NCBI RefSeq assembly: GCF_006345805.1
Contig: NC_043003.1
Location: 1,984,001 to 2,048,000, forward strand
DNA length: 64,000 bases
From: Octopus sinensis
Lineage: Eukaryota
Direction of reading: 5' to 3'
Of the stretch, positions 1-13,368 are shown piece after piece; the stretch's first letter is position 1, and every line of letters begins with the position of its first letter. The notes below the pieces were generated by a model that was not told where the DNA came from, searched no databases, and saw only the letters and a list, made by a program, of their open reading frames with translations. The position numbers and the translations under genes were made by a program.

Positions 1-1070
1 TTCTTCCCCCCAAAGGGGGAATGAACAACGCGTGCTACCACAAGCACTAAGTGTTTTCAATTGAAAACTCCAACAGTTAAGTTATTCAACAGTTTAACAA
101 GAAACAACAGTTATTAACAATATTAACACCAAGAAACAGCAATTCTTACCACGAACACATGTGCGACAGACGAAATACGGCTACGCATTTCGCCCGGCGT
201 GCTAACCATTCTGCCAGCTCGCCGCCATTCAGTACCAGGAGCAACAATAACAGGTAAGACAATAGTAACATCAAAAACAACAGCAGCGGCAGCACCAGCA
301 GTGGCAGCGGCAGCCATACTAGAACAGCAAGAAAAAAACTCTGAGCAGTAATGGACTTGCGTAATTATTTTACTTGGAAGAGGCAAAGATCTGCAGAGCT
401 AAGTCTCCAGGAACATAACGGATGTCTCCAGAGAAATATTTATGCTTCCAGAAACATCCTCGTGTCTTCTGAAACACATGTCCATCATCCGAAGTAACGT
501 ATGTCTCTTAGAACATAAATATGTCTCCAGAGACGTGCACTTCAAGAGACTGCAGAAACGGAACGAGGAGGTTTAACATGGTCACTCTCTATGCCAAAAA
601 CAGCAGCCAAATTTGATCAAATCTTGAAAAACAGGACACATTCATCACACAGTGTAGTCCTAAATACACAAAAAGACGAGCTGTCCTTAGACCCACCATG
701 ATCGTAAATCTGCTCTGTGAGGGCCGGTTAGGGTCTTGATAAAGATCACCCTCAACCGCTGCAACCACCAACAACAATGGCAACTGCAGTAACATAACAA
801 CGGTGATGATGATGATTACCTATTTTTTCTGAAAGTTATAAAGAAACAAATTCGGTGAGGAATTACACTTGTGTAGGTAAGCGACAACTTTAGTAGGGAG
901 GCCATTGTTTGCACGTGGATTGTTGAATTTCCTCTTAGATTCGATGACGTCACTGAATTACGTTGTTTTCTGAAACAGCGCTGGTTTCGTTATCCATGTT
1001 GTCATTCACAACATCACACTTCAATAGAGTTTCAAACGGAGTACTTAACGCTTGTCACGTATATAAATAA

Positions 1071-1072
<2 letters not shown>

Positions 1073-1101
<29 letters not shown>

Positions 1102-1212
1102 TGTATGTATGATGTATGTATGTATGTATGTATGTGTGTGTGTGTGTGTGTATGTATGTATCTGTGTGTGTGTGTATGTATGTATGTATGTATGTATGTA
1201 TGTATGTATGTA

Positions 1213-1245
<33 letters not shown>

Positions 1246-1250
1246 ATGTA
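1073..1250. repeat. (TATG)n/(TG)n microsatellite
   Basis: Read directly. Similar tracts at 6590-6800 and 38585-38797. Confidence 0.95.
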
Positions 1251-2405
1251 TAGGGTGTGTAATATATTTGAGGACAGATTTATGGTTTATAGCAGATATA
1301 TAACATATAATAACTTTATTTATCAAAAAATGCTATGAGGATAAAAATAAACCTTCTTTTCTAGAATGTTATTCAATAAAGCCCCCTTCAGCTTCAACAA
1401 CTGCTTCTTTATGAGATCTAAATCATCTACATGCTCAAATCAAGTGGTCTTGGTTCATTTTGGACATTACTCTGACTATGGCAGCTGTCATAGAATCTTT
1501 GGTTTTTATGGATGTGTTCATTGACCTCTCTCTGAACATCATTCCACATGTAATAGTCCAATAGATTGAGATCTGAGGAATTAGAAGGCCAAATATCAGG
1601 GGTTATGTGATCACGAAAATTTTTCGCCATCCATTCCTGTGTTACTAGAGCCATGTCTGATAGTGCAGAGTCTTACTGAAACACGTATGGCCTTCCACTG
1701 CATACACTATTCAAGGCTTAACAATTATTTCCAGGACCTCAATATAGGCAGCAGAGTTAACTCTAAGGCCTTGTGGAAAGAAGTAAGGGGGCATCACATG
1801 TCCTTCATTGCTGACAACCCCTAAAACCATGACAGTTGCAGGAAATTTTGTATGCATAACACTTGGGACTTCAGAAGGGTCTGCACATAACCATGTCATT
1901 TCTTCTGTTAACTTTTTGATTTTGGTGAAAGTTTTTCTCGCTTGAGAAAAACCAAATCAAATCTTCTTCTGCTGGATTTTTTAGTTTGTTTAAGAGCCTT
2001 TTAGATCTGATTTGGTGATTTTCTTTTGCTTTTTCTGACATAAATTGACCTTTCCTCATCATATAAGACTTATATCTGATGTCTTCTTGGACAACATTTC
2101 TGACTGTTCCTTCTGTCACATGGAGATCTTTTGCAATTGACCTCATGGACTTTCTGGAATTGTAGTCAATGATTTGTTGAACTTGCCGGATAAATTCAGG
2201 TGTTTTGATGATTTCAGAGCATTTAGAATGCTTTGTATACTTTGTATACTGGTGATACGTTTCCATCTTTAGTCTCTAACTCCTTACAAACTTTTCTAAA
2301 TCACTATGCTCAACCTTTATAACCACAATAACAACTTGTCCCTTCATTTGTTAAATAAACTGAGGGTCTGCAATTATTATTTTCTGAAACAAAAATTACA
2401 CAGTG
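1251..2405 (-). mobile_element. Degenerate Tc1/mariner-superfamily transposon, maT (DD37D)-like
   Basis: Frameshifted ORF pieces SMRSIAKDLHV..TVRNVVQEDI (HTH), WFFS.EKNF, VMVLGVVS.EG.VMPP.FF, WPSNSSDLNLLDY.MW. Confidence 0.8.
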
Positions 2406-2407
2406 TA

Positions 2408-2463
<56 letters not shown>

Positions 2464-2710
2464 TAAAAAATGGAGTTAATGCAGGTGTAATCAAATATTT
2501 TTACTTAAATTAAAAAGTAAAAATATTTGATTACACCTGCGTTAACTCCATTTTTTATTCATATTATTCAAAATATTCAACGTAAACACGAAGTTTCTAC
2601 CTTTATAAACAAGGAGGTACAACACCTTTACTTGTGAGATTTTTGCTGTCCTGGTAACTATTTATTTATTTTTCCGTGTTAATTGTTAACAAGGTAAAAA
2701 TACACTTATC

Positions 2711-2803
<93 letters not shown>

Positions 2804-3458
2804 TAGATAGATAGATAGATATAATGCCAAAACGAATTTCTGCTTGTCAATGTGTCACAATTTCCCCCCCTCTCTCACTAATCAGTGACACTTCTACAAT
2901 TCCTCCTGCTGGGGTGATAGTAATAGTATCAGCTGTAGTTGTGATAGAAGCGGAGGTGACAGTGATAATGGTGGTGGTGGTGGTGGTGGTGGTGGTAGCC
3001 GAGGCGGTCAGGGATGACGGTGAGAGTAAGCGATGTAAAAGACAGTGGTGATGGCAGTGGAGAGGAAGGTGGCAATGTCAAAAGCATTGATGGTTGTACG
3101 TCAGAAGTCTGAATGGTGTGTGTGTGTGAAGCAGTTGTGGTGGCAATGGTAATGGTTGAAAACACTTAACAGAAAGAGAGAGAGAGAAAGAAAGAGGTTA
3201 GACAGAAAAAAAAACTTGTACTGACCCCCGAACGGGAAGACAAAATGTTGTTTATCCTGCAGCTTTGCAATAAGTTCCAAATCGACAAATTATATCCTTG
3301 TTTTGATGAAAATTGTTCATTGCTTGAAAAATATTGGTCAAGTTTATTTAATATGTACTCAATGCATGAAGTGTCATTGTTGGGCCCAAGGCCCAATGAA
3401 GAGCCCTCCAGCACAGGAGCTAGCTTAAAAGCCACTCGACAGGGCTGCTTTTAAGCTA

Positions 3459-3495
<37 letters not shown>

Positions 3496-3534
3496 TGAGC
3501 AATATATTGACCACTCTCTTATATTTGTTTTGTG

Positions 3535-3573
<39 letters not shown>

Positions 3574-4759
3574 ATCATGCAGGCATAGCGTGGATTTGAT
3601 CCTCGATAGCCAAATTTCACTCAACAGTTCAACAGCACTTTTCTCACGGTAAAACAATAGATTGTCTGTGAGTGACAGCAGTTACTTTTGTCAGATGCCT
3701 TCACTAAGCAGAATAATGTCTTTGCCACTTGACCCTTCTAACCTCTTCTAGGCTACCAAAAGCTAGAATAGAGATAACAGAACTCCCAACGAAATCTATT
3801 GGTCTCAACAATATGTCTATCCTTCTAGCTGGTTTTGGATAGTTATAAAAACAAGAACTCCGTAAGCCAGTCTGGCCAACCGGCTGAACAAAACGCCATC
3901 TCTAAAGAAAAGGCACAAAGGGACAACTATGGTAACTCACCAACGAAGCAGTTGTTTCATCCCACCACTCTCACTTTCACTAACTCCTTTTCTTTCCTCT
4001 GTAACATTACCATATCTCTCTTTATATATACTACTATCAGAACGTGTACACACATACCGGCCAAATGAACTCTTTTTACATCGCATGTTTTTCCATTTTA
4101 CTAATTATACATACCAACCCATTGTGGTTTTGGATATATACAAACTAACCGTAAATATTTCTTTACAACTTCGATCCCTGTTCTTCCATTTTGCACACCA
4201 GCAACTAACACCTTAACAACAACCGTTACACACACACACGTGTGTGTGTGTGTGTCGTCAGTTAATAAAAAATCATACATCAGAAAGAAGCGCACTCTAA
4301 AAAATAGAGCAGTAATTATTACAACAACATTTTAGGCATTCATTTACGTCAAGCATTGATGTTAAATGTTTTTGTGCTGCTAAAATATCATAGTTGTTTC
4401 ATTGTCGTTTGAAAAGTTATTTGCTCAGTGAAATTTAGTTCAACTCATTGGGAGTGGTCACTAGAATACAACACCGCTTAATTTCTTTTAATGTCAGATG
4501 TCTTTTGTGTGTAAATTTGTGTGTAAATACTTATTGCTCTCTGATGAATCAAGACCGCTCTTTTTTTTGTTTTTTTGGCGATTCAATTTTCGATTCAGAG
4601 AATTAAAAGATTCCCAACACTTTGATGTGTTTCTTTACAATGAAACAATTCCGAATGCGTAAACTAATAAACAACGCAAGTACAATTACCGTATTAACTA
4701 ATATCCTCTCGTTTTACAGGCCTACTTTTCTACAATATTGTATCATCAAGGGTCATCAT

Positions 4760-5960
4760 TACCATCGGCATTATCTGCTCTCAACAGGTTAAATATTGAG
4801 CATTTCCATTCAGGTCTCTTCTCTGCCATTCTTCCATATTCACCATTTGATAGTTTGGTCCAATCTTTGACGCTATCAAACCAGTTTGTTCAAGGTCTTC
4901 CTCTTAAACACTCGCCATCTTTCTTTCCTTCTTTTATATACTCCATGCTTTGATGTAATCAAAATACTTTTTCTTTAGTAATAATTAAGAGTAACGATCT
5001 TCTTTGTAATTAGGAGTAACGATCTCCTTTGTAATTAGGAGTAACGATCTTCTTTGTAATTAGGAGTAACGATCTTCTTTGTAATTAGGAGTAACGATCT
5101 CCTTTGTAATTAGGAGTAACGATCTCCTTTGTAATTAGGAGTAACGATCTTCTTTGTAATTAGGAGTAACGATCTCCTTTGTAATTAGGAGTAACGATCT
5201 CCTTTGTAATTAGGAGTAACGATCTCCTTTGTAATTAGGAGTAACGATCTTCTTTGTAATTAGGAGTAACGATCTCCTTTGTAATTAGGAGTAACGATCT
5301 CCTTTGTAATTAGGAGTAACGATCTTCTTTGTTTAAACGATTTAATTGGAGTAACGATTCTTTGTAATTAGGAGTAACGATCTCCTTTGTAATTAGGAGT
5401 AACGATCTCCTTTGTAATTAGGAGTAACGATCTTCTTTGTAATTAGGAGTAACGATCTCCTTTGTAATTAGGAGTAACGATCTCCTTTGTAATTAGGAGT
5501 AACGATCTCCTTTGTAATTAGGAGTAACGATCTTCTTTGTAATTAGGAGTAACGATCTTCTTTGTAATTAGGAGTAACGATCTCCTTTGTAATTAGGAGT
5601 AACGATCTCCTTTGTAATTAGGAGTAACGATCTTCTTTGTAATTAGGAGTAACGATCTCCTTTGTAATTAGGAGTAACGATCTCCTTTGTAATTAGGAGT
5701 AACGATCTCCTTTGTAATTAGGAGTAACGATCTTCTTTGTAATTAGGAGTAACGATCTCCTTTGTAATTAGGAGTAACGATCTCCTTTGTAATTAGGAGT
5801 AACGATCTTCTTTGTAATTAGGAGTAACGATCTCCTTTGTAATTAGGAGTAACGATCTTCTTTGTAATTAGGAGTAACGATCTTCTTTGCTAGTTGCAGC
5901 ACTTCTTCATTAATTCGATGTTTTGCCTTCTAAATGTCCAACATTTCAAAAGCTTCGAGT
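4760..5960 (-). mobile_element. RTE-clade LINE 3' ORF2 relic interrupted by a tandem expansion
   Basis: Minus strand reads LEAFEM...INEEVLQL, then QRRSLLLIITK..YFDYIK and RGRP..NWFDSVKDWT. Confidence 0.65.
4980..5889. repeat. 25-bp minisatellite, about 36 copies (GTAATTAGGAGTAACGATCT[C/T]CTTT)
   Basis: Head-to-tail units with two variants (CTCC and CTTC), one aberrant unit near 5330-5360, no spacers. Confidence 0.97.
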
Positions 5961-8771
5961 TTGTCGGAGCATAAATATTTTTCGGATGTTGTCCTGGATG
6001 GATTCCCCTTTTCCATTGGGTGCCAACCATTGTCATTTTTGTTTGATGTTGATTGCAGACATCCATCAAACGAAGATTTGTCTCCCGGAAACAATCACAT
6101 GACATTTCACTCAAACGAGGTCAAATGAATTTGCCCGAGCTATAAGGGTTATTCGTGGGTGGCGTGGATTACAGAGGATGGCGAATCCCTCGGAGTTGGT
6201 TTACGAGTGGATTAGATGCAGATTATAAAATTGAATAAAATTGTAGGCTACCAGAATAAATTCCATAACACTAGTACAAAATTTCCCAAAATAAAAGCAT
6301 TTCTTGTCACTTCCTCTATATCCTTTTCTGTTTCTCTCTCTCTCTCTCTTTTTGCTGCTCTATTTTTCGCTTATTTTTCTCCCCCCCCCCTCTCTTTTCT
6401 CAACCGCTGCCACCACCGCCGTTTAATCTTACTTTCCACTTAGTATTTACTTTCAAATTTCGGAGGACGGATATTCTTTCCTTTGTCTCCTACTACGAAC
6501 CCTTAATCTCTTCCTTTCATCTCTGCCATGCTACATGCTACGTGAGTGTTGTTTTCTCCTGTATTTGGCTGAAAGGCTAACGCCTGCGTGTGTATGCACA
6601 CATGCATGCATGTATGTATGTATGTATGTATGTATGTATGCATGTATGTATGTATGTATGTATGTATGTATGTATGCATGTATGTATGTATGCATGTATG
6701 TATGTATGTATGTATGTATGTATGCATGTATGTATGTATGTATGTATGCATGTATGTATGTATGTATGCATGTATGTATGTATGTATGTATGTATGTATG
6801 TTGTGTCAGGTCACTCTTCGTGCTACTGGGTAACATGTAACACAATACAGCCTGTTACATTTGCGGGCCGTTGGCGGTTAAACCGGTACCTACCAAGCCT
6901 GCCTGGTGATGAGGTTGGTTGGTTTTTTTATGGAACCCTGCAGGTTGAAAACCATAACTTGCCAAAAGGCGAATGAACTCAGAGTCAATTGCGATCCAGA
7001 ACTTCGGAATGAGAAACTTTGGTCTTCGTTCAGACATCTCTGTAAGAGAAGGAAATTCCGAAAAAGCTATCGGCTCATTGTGAAACGAGAGATCTTGTCG
7101 TTGCTTGTTTCTGGTTATTTGGCTTTGAAGGCGAGAGTCTCAATTTGCTGTGCAAGCTGATGCTGTCTTTCTTTCGATTACAGCACAATCATTGCTAACA
7201 GCCAATATGTGTAATATCTAGGATAAGATAATTTGGTGCCGGCGTATGAATCGGCTGGAGCACACTGAAGAGAAATATGTCAGTCACTGTAACTCTTCAA
7301 TCTTCTGAGAGTAGTCACACGTGACAGGGAATCATAAGCAAAATTTGAACTTGTTCACGAAGTATCAAATGTTGGAAACATAGTGTTTCTATCTAAAATT
7401 TTGACCACATGAATTGTTGAAAAAGTCTTTCACTAAGGTTTCCCAACCAAATTTTTGTTTGAAAAATTTAGCCTTGCTCAAAATCAAAAGAAGAACGAGT
7501 CCCAAGCACCCCTCTACCTACCCTTTTCAGTGCACACATGTATAAAATATAAGAAACAATAGGAAACAATATAAAAAGGTACTGAAAGATAAAGTAGTCT
7601 TAGTTTAACCGGTAGAAAAATATGGGAGATGGCGACCATGTGCGTGCACAATTGGTGACCAAAAGCAAGACAATACAAAATGACAACAGAACAAGACATG
7701 ACTTTACTGCAGAGAACTGACTTAGATAAAATAATCAAACACATTGTGATAGCAAATGAATGGGTGTAGATAACAATGACAAATAAATGGTTCATGAATG
7801 GGCTAGAAAAAGCGAATAGATAACAGCAAACGGAGTGAACTTGCCATTGGTGATGATTAGACTTAAACAACAAATTACAGTAAAATTTTTGAGTCATGAT
7901 TGTTGGTTGGTTGACAAACGATGGATTCTATTTGATATTTATCAAAACGATGGAAAAACACTGGTGCTGGTGTCATGTAAAAAGCACCCAGGACACTTTG
8001 TAAAGTGGCTGGCATTAGGAGGGGCATCCAGCAGTAGGAAGAACCCTGCTAAAATAGAGAATGAAACCAGCTGCAACTCCTTGCAAGCTCCTCCCACACC
8101 ATCCAACCAATGCCAACATGGAAAATGGATGTAAAAACAGTGATGATGATGATGGTGATGATGATGGTGATGGTGATGGAATACAAAAATACTTCAAAAA
8201 CTTAATGGATGTTACTCAAAATAGAAGAGGGAAGAAACAAAGTCCAAACCTAAAAAAGATTCTTCTTTAATGAGGAACAAACATGGAATGGTGACAAATT
8301 AGTGAAGTCTGCTATGGAAATATGGAGAGAAAAACATGATTTCTGAGAAAGTAATAATTATTAACATGGGTTGGGCATGGCTGGCTTCTCAGCTATGTGA
8401 TCTTGGGTTCAGTCCCACTGCACTGCACCTTGGGCAAGTGTCTTCTAGTATAATCTTGACCCGACCAAATCTTGGAACTGGATTTGATAGAGGGAAACTG
8501 AAAGAAGCCTACCGTGTATACATGTGTGTGTGTGTGTGTGCATGTGTACCCTTGCCTTGACATCATGTGTTAGTTGTAAATGAGCATCACTGTTATACAA
8601 GCGAGGTTGTTCCTTTCTGTCTTCTATGAAAAACGCATCAGGCTTGAGAAAACCGTTGCCTTGCATGGAAACAGATGAAGGTTGGCAATGAGAAGGACAT
8701 CCAACCATTTCAAAAGTCTACTTCAACAAATTTGGTCTGCCTCACGCAAGCAAGGGAAAGGGAACATTAAA

Positions 8772-8804
<33 letters not shown>

Positions 8805-9663
8805 GTGGTGGTGGCGGGGAGTGGCAGTGGTGGCGGTGGTGATGATGATATGGAAGATAATGTAGTCAAATCTCAATACAACCCTGCTCAGAATCTTAAT
8901 TCTTCAAAGGTCAATCTTCCATAGTCAATAGAATAAGCACCAATTCAATTCTTTAGCTTAATTCATTCCACAACATCTTCCCTCTCTGAAACAACTGAAA
9001 TAATTTAATCCTTTAATCCTTAATCAGGGAAAGCAACAACAAAAAAATGTAGTTTTACATTAGAGTGAGATTACTCAAAGCTTCATGTTGCTCGTTATGT
9101 TCGAAAAATAACTGAAAACAAGTTGAAAAGCAATTTTTTTCTCGGTGAAGGATTTTAGATAAGATAGCAAACAGAAGCCTCAAGTATTTGAGAAGAGAGA
9201 GAAAGCACGGAGTTTATTTAGGTATTTGCTTTGGCTTAGAATATCAGATATAATCAGATACAGGGTATTACATGGACTCAACACTGGGATTAAAGTATCT
9301 AATTTATTAACGAAACTCAGATTTTGATATTGATTTCTATCATTCTATTGACAGTCACAAGCATGGCTGTGTGAAAGAGAAGTTTGCCTTCCAACCATTT
9401 GGTTTCAGGTTCAGTCCTGTTGCATGGTACCTTAGGCAAGTGTCTTTTTTATAGGCCTGGGCCAAACTAAGCCATGTAAGTGGATTTGGTAGGTGGAAAC
9501 TGAAACAACTCCACACACAATGCTTAGCTGTATTTCGTCTGTCTTTACATTCAGAGTTCAAATGATGCCAGGGTCGACTTTGCTGTTCATCCTTTCAGGG
9601 TTGATAAAATAAGTATCTCTTGAATATATAGTGATAAAATATATAGGGTTGATAAAATAAGTA

Positions 9664-10937
9664 TCCCTTAAATAATGCGGTTTTCTCAATTGCATGAACT
9701 AAAAGTCGGTGGGGGACGGGATAAACTACCTGCATCAACTTGCTATAAAAGCAGGTAGTAATTTTACCTTGCCCTTATTCTTAGTGCAAGTTTTGAAGAG
9801 TGTAGTTCGATTTTAACAGTTATCTTTTCAAAGCTATAATGGAAGTGACAAAGGAGCATATTCAGCATATTTTGCTTTAAGAGTTCAATAAAGGCAACAA
9901 TGCAACGGAAAGTGTGAGGAATATTAATGCAGTATATTGGGATTGTACAATAAGCGTAAGCCAGTGTCAACAATGGGTCTAGAAATTCCGAGCGGGAAAC
10001 TACAGTCTAGATGAGCCTTGTCCTGGAAGATCTGTAGAGTTTGACAAGGATGACCTGCAAACCCTGGTGGAACAAAATACCATTGTATCTGTTGGGGAAC
10101 TAGCAGAGAAGCTTGGATTTGGTCATTCAACCATTTATCGACACCTGTGTGTCACTGGAAAAATTACCAAATTTGGTCAATGCATTCCTCACAAACTTTC
10201 TGAGTCTAATCACATGCAGAGAGTGAATGTGTGCTCTTCTTTGCTGTCACGTCCCATGAATAAACCTTTTTTTGGATCGAATAGTGTTTGGTGACAAGAA
10301 ATGGGTTCTCTATAAAAATGTCAAGTGCCAAAGACAGTAGGCAGGAAAAGGAGAAACACCAGCACCCCAGGCTAAAGAAGGTCTTCATCTATGTAAGGTG
10401 TTGCTATCTGTTTGGTGGGATATAAAAGGTTTAATCCATTTCAAACTTTTAAACCCAAACCAAATGATAACAAAAGAGATCTACTGTGAGCAGCTTGAGC
10501 GGCTTCAGACAGTGCCAGAAGAAAAACAACCATGTTTGGTTTCAAGACGAAAGGTGTTCTTCCATCAGGATAATGCTCGACCACATGCAGTGAAGATGAC
10601 ATTCCTACAGCTGGACCAATTTGAATGGGAAATGATGCCCCACTCACCATATTCACCGAATATTGAACCCATCTGATTATCATTTATTCTGCAGTCTTCA
10701 AAATCATTTGGATAGAAAAATATGAATTCCGTAGACGAGGTCAGAACAGTATTGGAGGAGTATTTTTTGTCACGGATGAGTGAATTTTGGAAAAGGAGCC
10801 TTGTAAGTCTACCGGATAGATGGAAGAGCATTGTAGAAAATGAAGGAGAGTATATTTGAGATTAAAAAAGAGCTTTATCTTAATTTTGAAAAATAAAAGA
10901 AGTATAAAAAAATTGCATTATTTATGGGATGACCCAA
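9664..10937 (+). mobile_element. Degenerate mariner (D,D34D) transposon nested in a SINE at a TA site
   Basis: Broken transposase from about 9839: MEVTKEHIQHIL, CIPHKLSE, LLSVWWD, FHQDNARPH, SPYSPNI.P..YHLF. Right TIR ...TTATTTATGGGATGACCCAA matches the truncated left TIR TCCCTTAAATAATGC. The SINE resumes after TA (ataagTA / TAccagttgagtact). Confidence 0.9.
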
Positions 10938-11048
10938 TACCAGTTGAGTACTAGAGTTCATGTAAATGACTTAACTCCACCTGCTAAATTGATGGCCTTG
11001 TGTCAAAATTTGAAACCATATTATAAATATATATATATATATATATAT

Positions 11049-11667
11049 ATAAGTAAGCAAAAATTTTTTTTTAAATGCAGAATGCTCAAATGAAAGAAAA
11101 TTTTAATAAAATGAGAAATTGATAAAATATATAAATATATATTTATTCAACCGGTTTTCGTCATTGTATGACTTGTCAAGAATATATATGTTTTAAAAAG
11201 TTTTTTTAAAAATTAGAAAGGGGAAAAAAAGAAAATTGCATTGTTTTTTGTAAAAGAATAATGATAAAAATGTACAAAAATTAAAAAATAAGTTCTCCGA
11301 TACATTGTGAGTTCGTTGTGTATCTTGAGTTTTATGGTTGTTCACGAAAAAATTACCTTGAGGTGTTAAGATCCAAAGGGATTAAGAGCATGTGTTGTGT
11401 TGTTTAATTCAGCATGTTTGCAGGACAGGAAGTAAGTCCTGCAAACATGCTGAATTATTCTTTTACAAAAAACAATGCAATTTTCTTTTTTTCCCCTTTC
11501 TAATTTTTAAAAAAACTTTTTAAAACATAAATATTCTTGACAAGTCATACAATGACGAAAACCGGTTGAATAAATATATATTTATATATTTTATCAATTT
11601 CTCATTTTATTAAAATTTTCTTTCATTTGAGCATTCTGCATTTAAAAAAAAATTTTTCCTTACTTAT
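11049..11667. repeat. Large fold-back inverted repeat (about 214-bp arms) between (TA)n tracts
   Basis: 11049-11262 is the near-perfect reverse complement of 11454-11667. A second perfect 21-bp hairpin pairs 11406-11426 with 11436-11456. Confidence 0.95.
11532..11572 (+). ncRNA. Variant (U3-A8) minimal hammerhead-like motif; mirror copy at 11144-11184 (-)
   Basis: TATTC-TTGACAA-GTCAT-ACA-ATGAC-GAAA-ACCGG-TT-GAATA. 5-bp stem I and 5-bp stem II; stem III is irregular. Confidence 0.5.
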
Positions 11668-11711
11668 CATTTCTCCACGTGCGGTCAACACAACCCCACC
11701 ATTTATTGATC

Positions 11712-11743
<32 letters not shown>

Positions 11744-11801
11744 CATCATCTTTTAACGGCCATCTTCCATGCATGCATAGGTAGGAGCTGGGTGGGTAGA
11801 A

Positions 11802-11844
<43 letters not shown>

Positions 11845-11902
11845 CATCATCTTTTAACGGCCATCTTCCATGCATGCATAGGTAGGAGCTGGGTGGGTAG
11901 AA

Positions 11903-11945
<43 letters not shown>

Positions 11946-12270
11946 TAATATATATATATACACATATATAATATATATATATACACATATATATATATAT
12001 TACGGAGATGTACTTGCATAACAAGTGACCTGATCTGAGATCGTGTGCTGGAACGAAAACAATTGCAGCATGGAAGGTGTTTATAAGCTATTTAAAAACA
12101 CACAAAAACCGTCAGATTCACTTCAACATTTAAATTTAATTTCCCAAAATATTTTTGTCACTTTGAGACTGCGACCTGTTCACTGACAAAATTCTGTGCT
12201 GCATCTCAAAATTTTGTAAGAGAACAGGTCGCGATACCAAAGTGACAAAAATATTTTGGGAAATTAAATT

Positions 12271-13368
12271 CAATGCCATGCAATGGGTGTGAGGGATGAC
12301 CTTTTTAACTGGTTGAAATCCTTCATTCTCAGCCGAAAGGAGGTAGTCACAGTTCTAGGACAGCATTCTACACCATATGAGATGTCATCGGGTGTACCAC
12401 AGGGATCTGTCCTTGGTCCCCTCTTGTTTGTGGCATACATTAATGACATAGATGCCAATTTAAAGAATGCCACAGTATTGAAATATGCAGACGACATCAA
12501 GCTGTACCTTGAAATCAAGAGGACAGATCCTGATGTCTACAACTCTTTCCTGCAATCAGACCTAGACACAATGCAGCAATGGATCACAGACTGGCAACTG
12601 AAACTGGCTGTGGACAAGTGTACCACCATGCATTTTGGGAGAAAAAACCCTGCGTCCACATACTCCCTCCACAACACTGATATCAAGAAATCCTCTTGCG
12701 AGGTGACCTAGGCATCACTGTCAGCAGTGATTTGCGTTGGACAAAGCATATCTCTAAAATTGTCAAGGCCGAGGGTGTCTTGGCATCACTCAGCAAGACT
12801 TTTGTTAGCCGCTCTCCAGCCATCTATTTAAAACTGTATACAGCTATGGCACAACCACATTTGGAATTCGCATCATCAGTTTGGAACCCCTATCTTGCAC
12901 AGAACATTGACCTCCTGGAATCTGTTCAGAGACATGCAACCAAACGCATACCCTCCATCAGACACCTACCATATTCTGAGCGCCTTGTTTCCCTGGGCAT
13001 GGATTCACTGAAGCTCCGGCGTCTGGCGACGGACTTGGTAAGCGCCCACAAAGTTGTCAACCACCTCACCAACAATGACACTGAACACCTTTTTGATCTC
13101 CATGTGTCTAACACACGTGGACATGCCTACAAAGTCAGAAAACAGCACAGCTCCCATGACTTTCGGAAACATTTTTTCACGCTCAGAGTTGCTGAAGCAT
13201 GGAATAAACTGCCTGCGTCAGTTGTTGACTGCCATGACACTGCATCCTTTAAGGCCCTCATGCTTTCCGAAATCCGCCGAAACTACACCTGTTTATATAT
13301 ACACTTTAGATGAGTTGTAGTGCACCTGAGCACTGTACACAATTATTATTATTATTATTATTATTATT
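12271..13368 (+). mobile_element. 5'-truncated CR1/L2-group LINE (RT C-terminal part) with (ATT)n tail
   Basis: ORFs 12283-12711 and 12696-13313: SGVPQGSVLGPLLF, KYADD, PHLEF.S.VWNP, TRGH.YK, FFTLRV..AWNKLP. One frameshift. Confidence 0.93.

Noticed and set aside
3245-3454. Possible exon of another gene (LCNKFQIDKLYPCFDENC...)
   Set aside because: No recognisable homology, no convincing donor and no partner exons.
4537-4660. Additional hammerheads at about 4537-4600 (CTCT-CTGATGA...AGAG), 35218-35252 (-), 43026-43065 and 52138 (CTGATGAGG)
   Set aside because: Each lacks GAAA, stem II or stem I pairing. They are at best decayed relics and are not called.
4980-5889. CRISPR-like array
   Set aside because: Units are contiguous with no unique spacers, there are no cas genes, the context is eukaryotic, and the unit derives from an RTE ORF.
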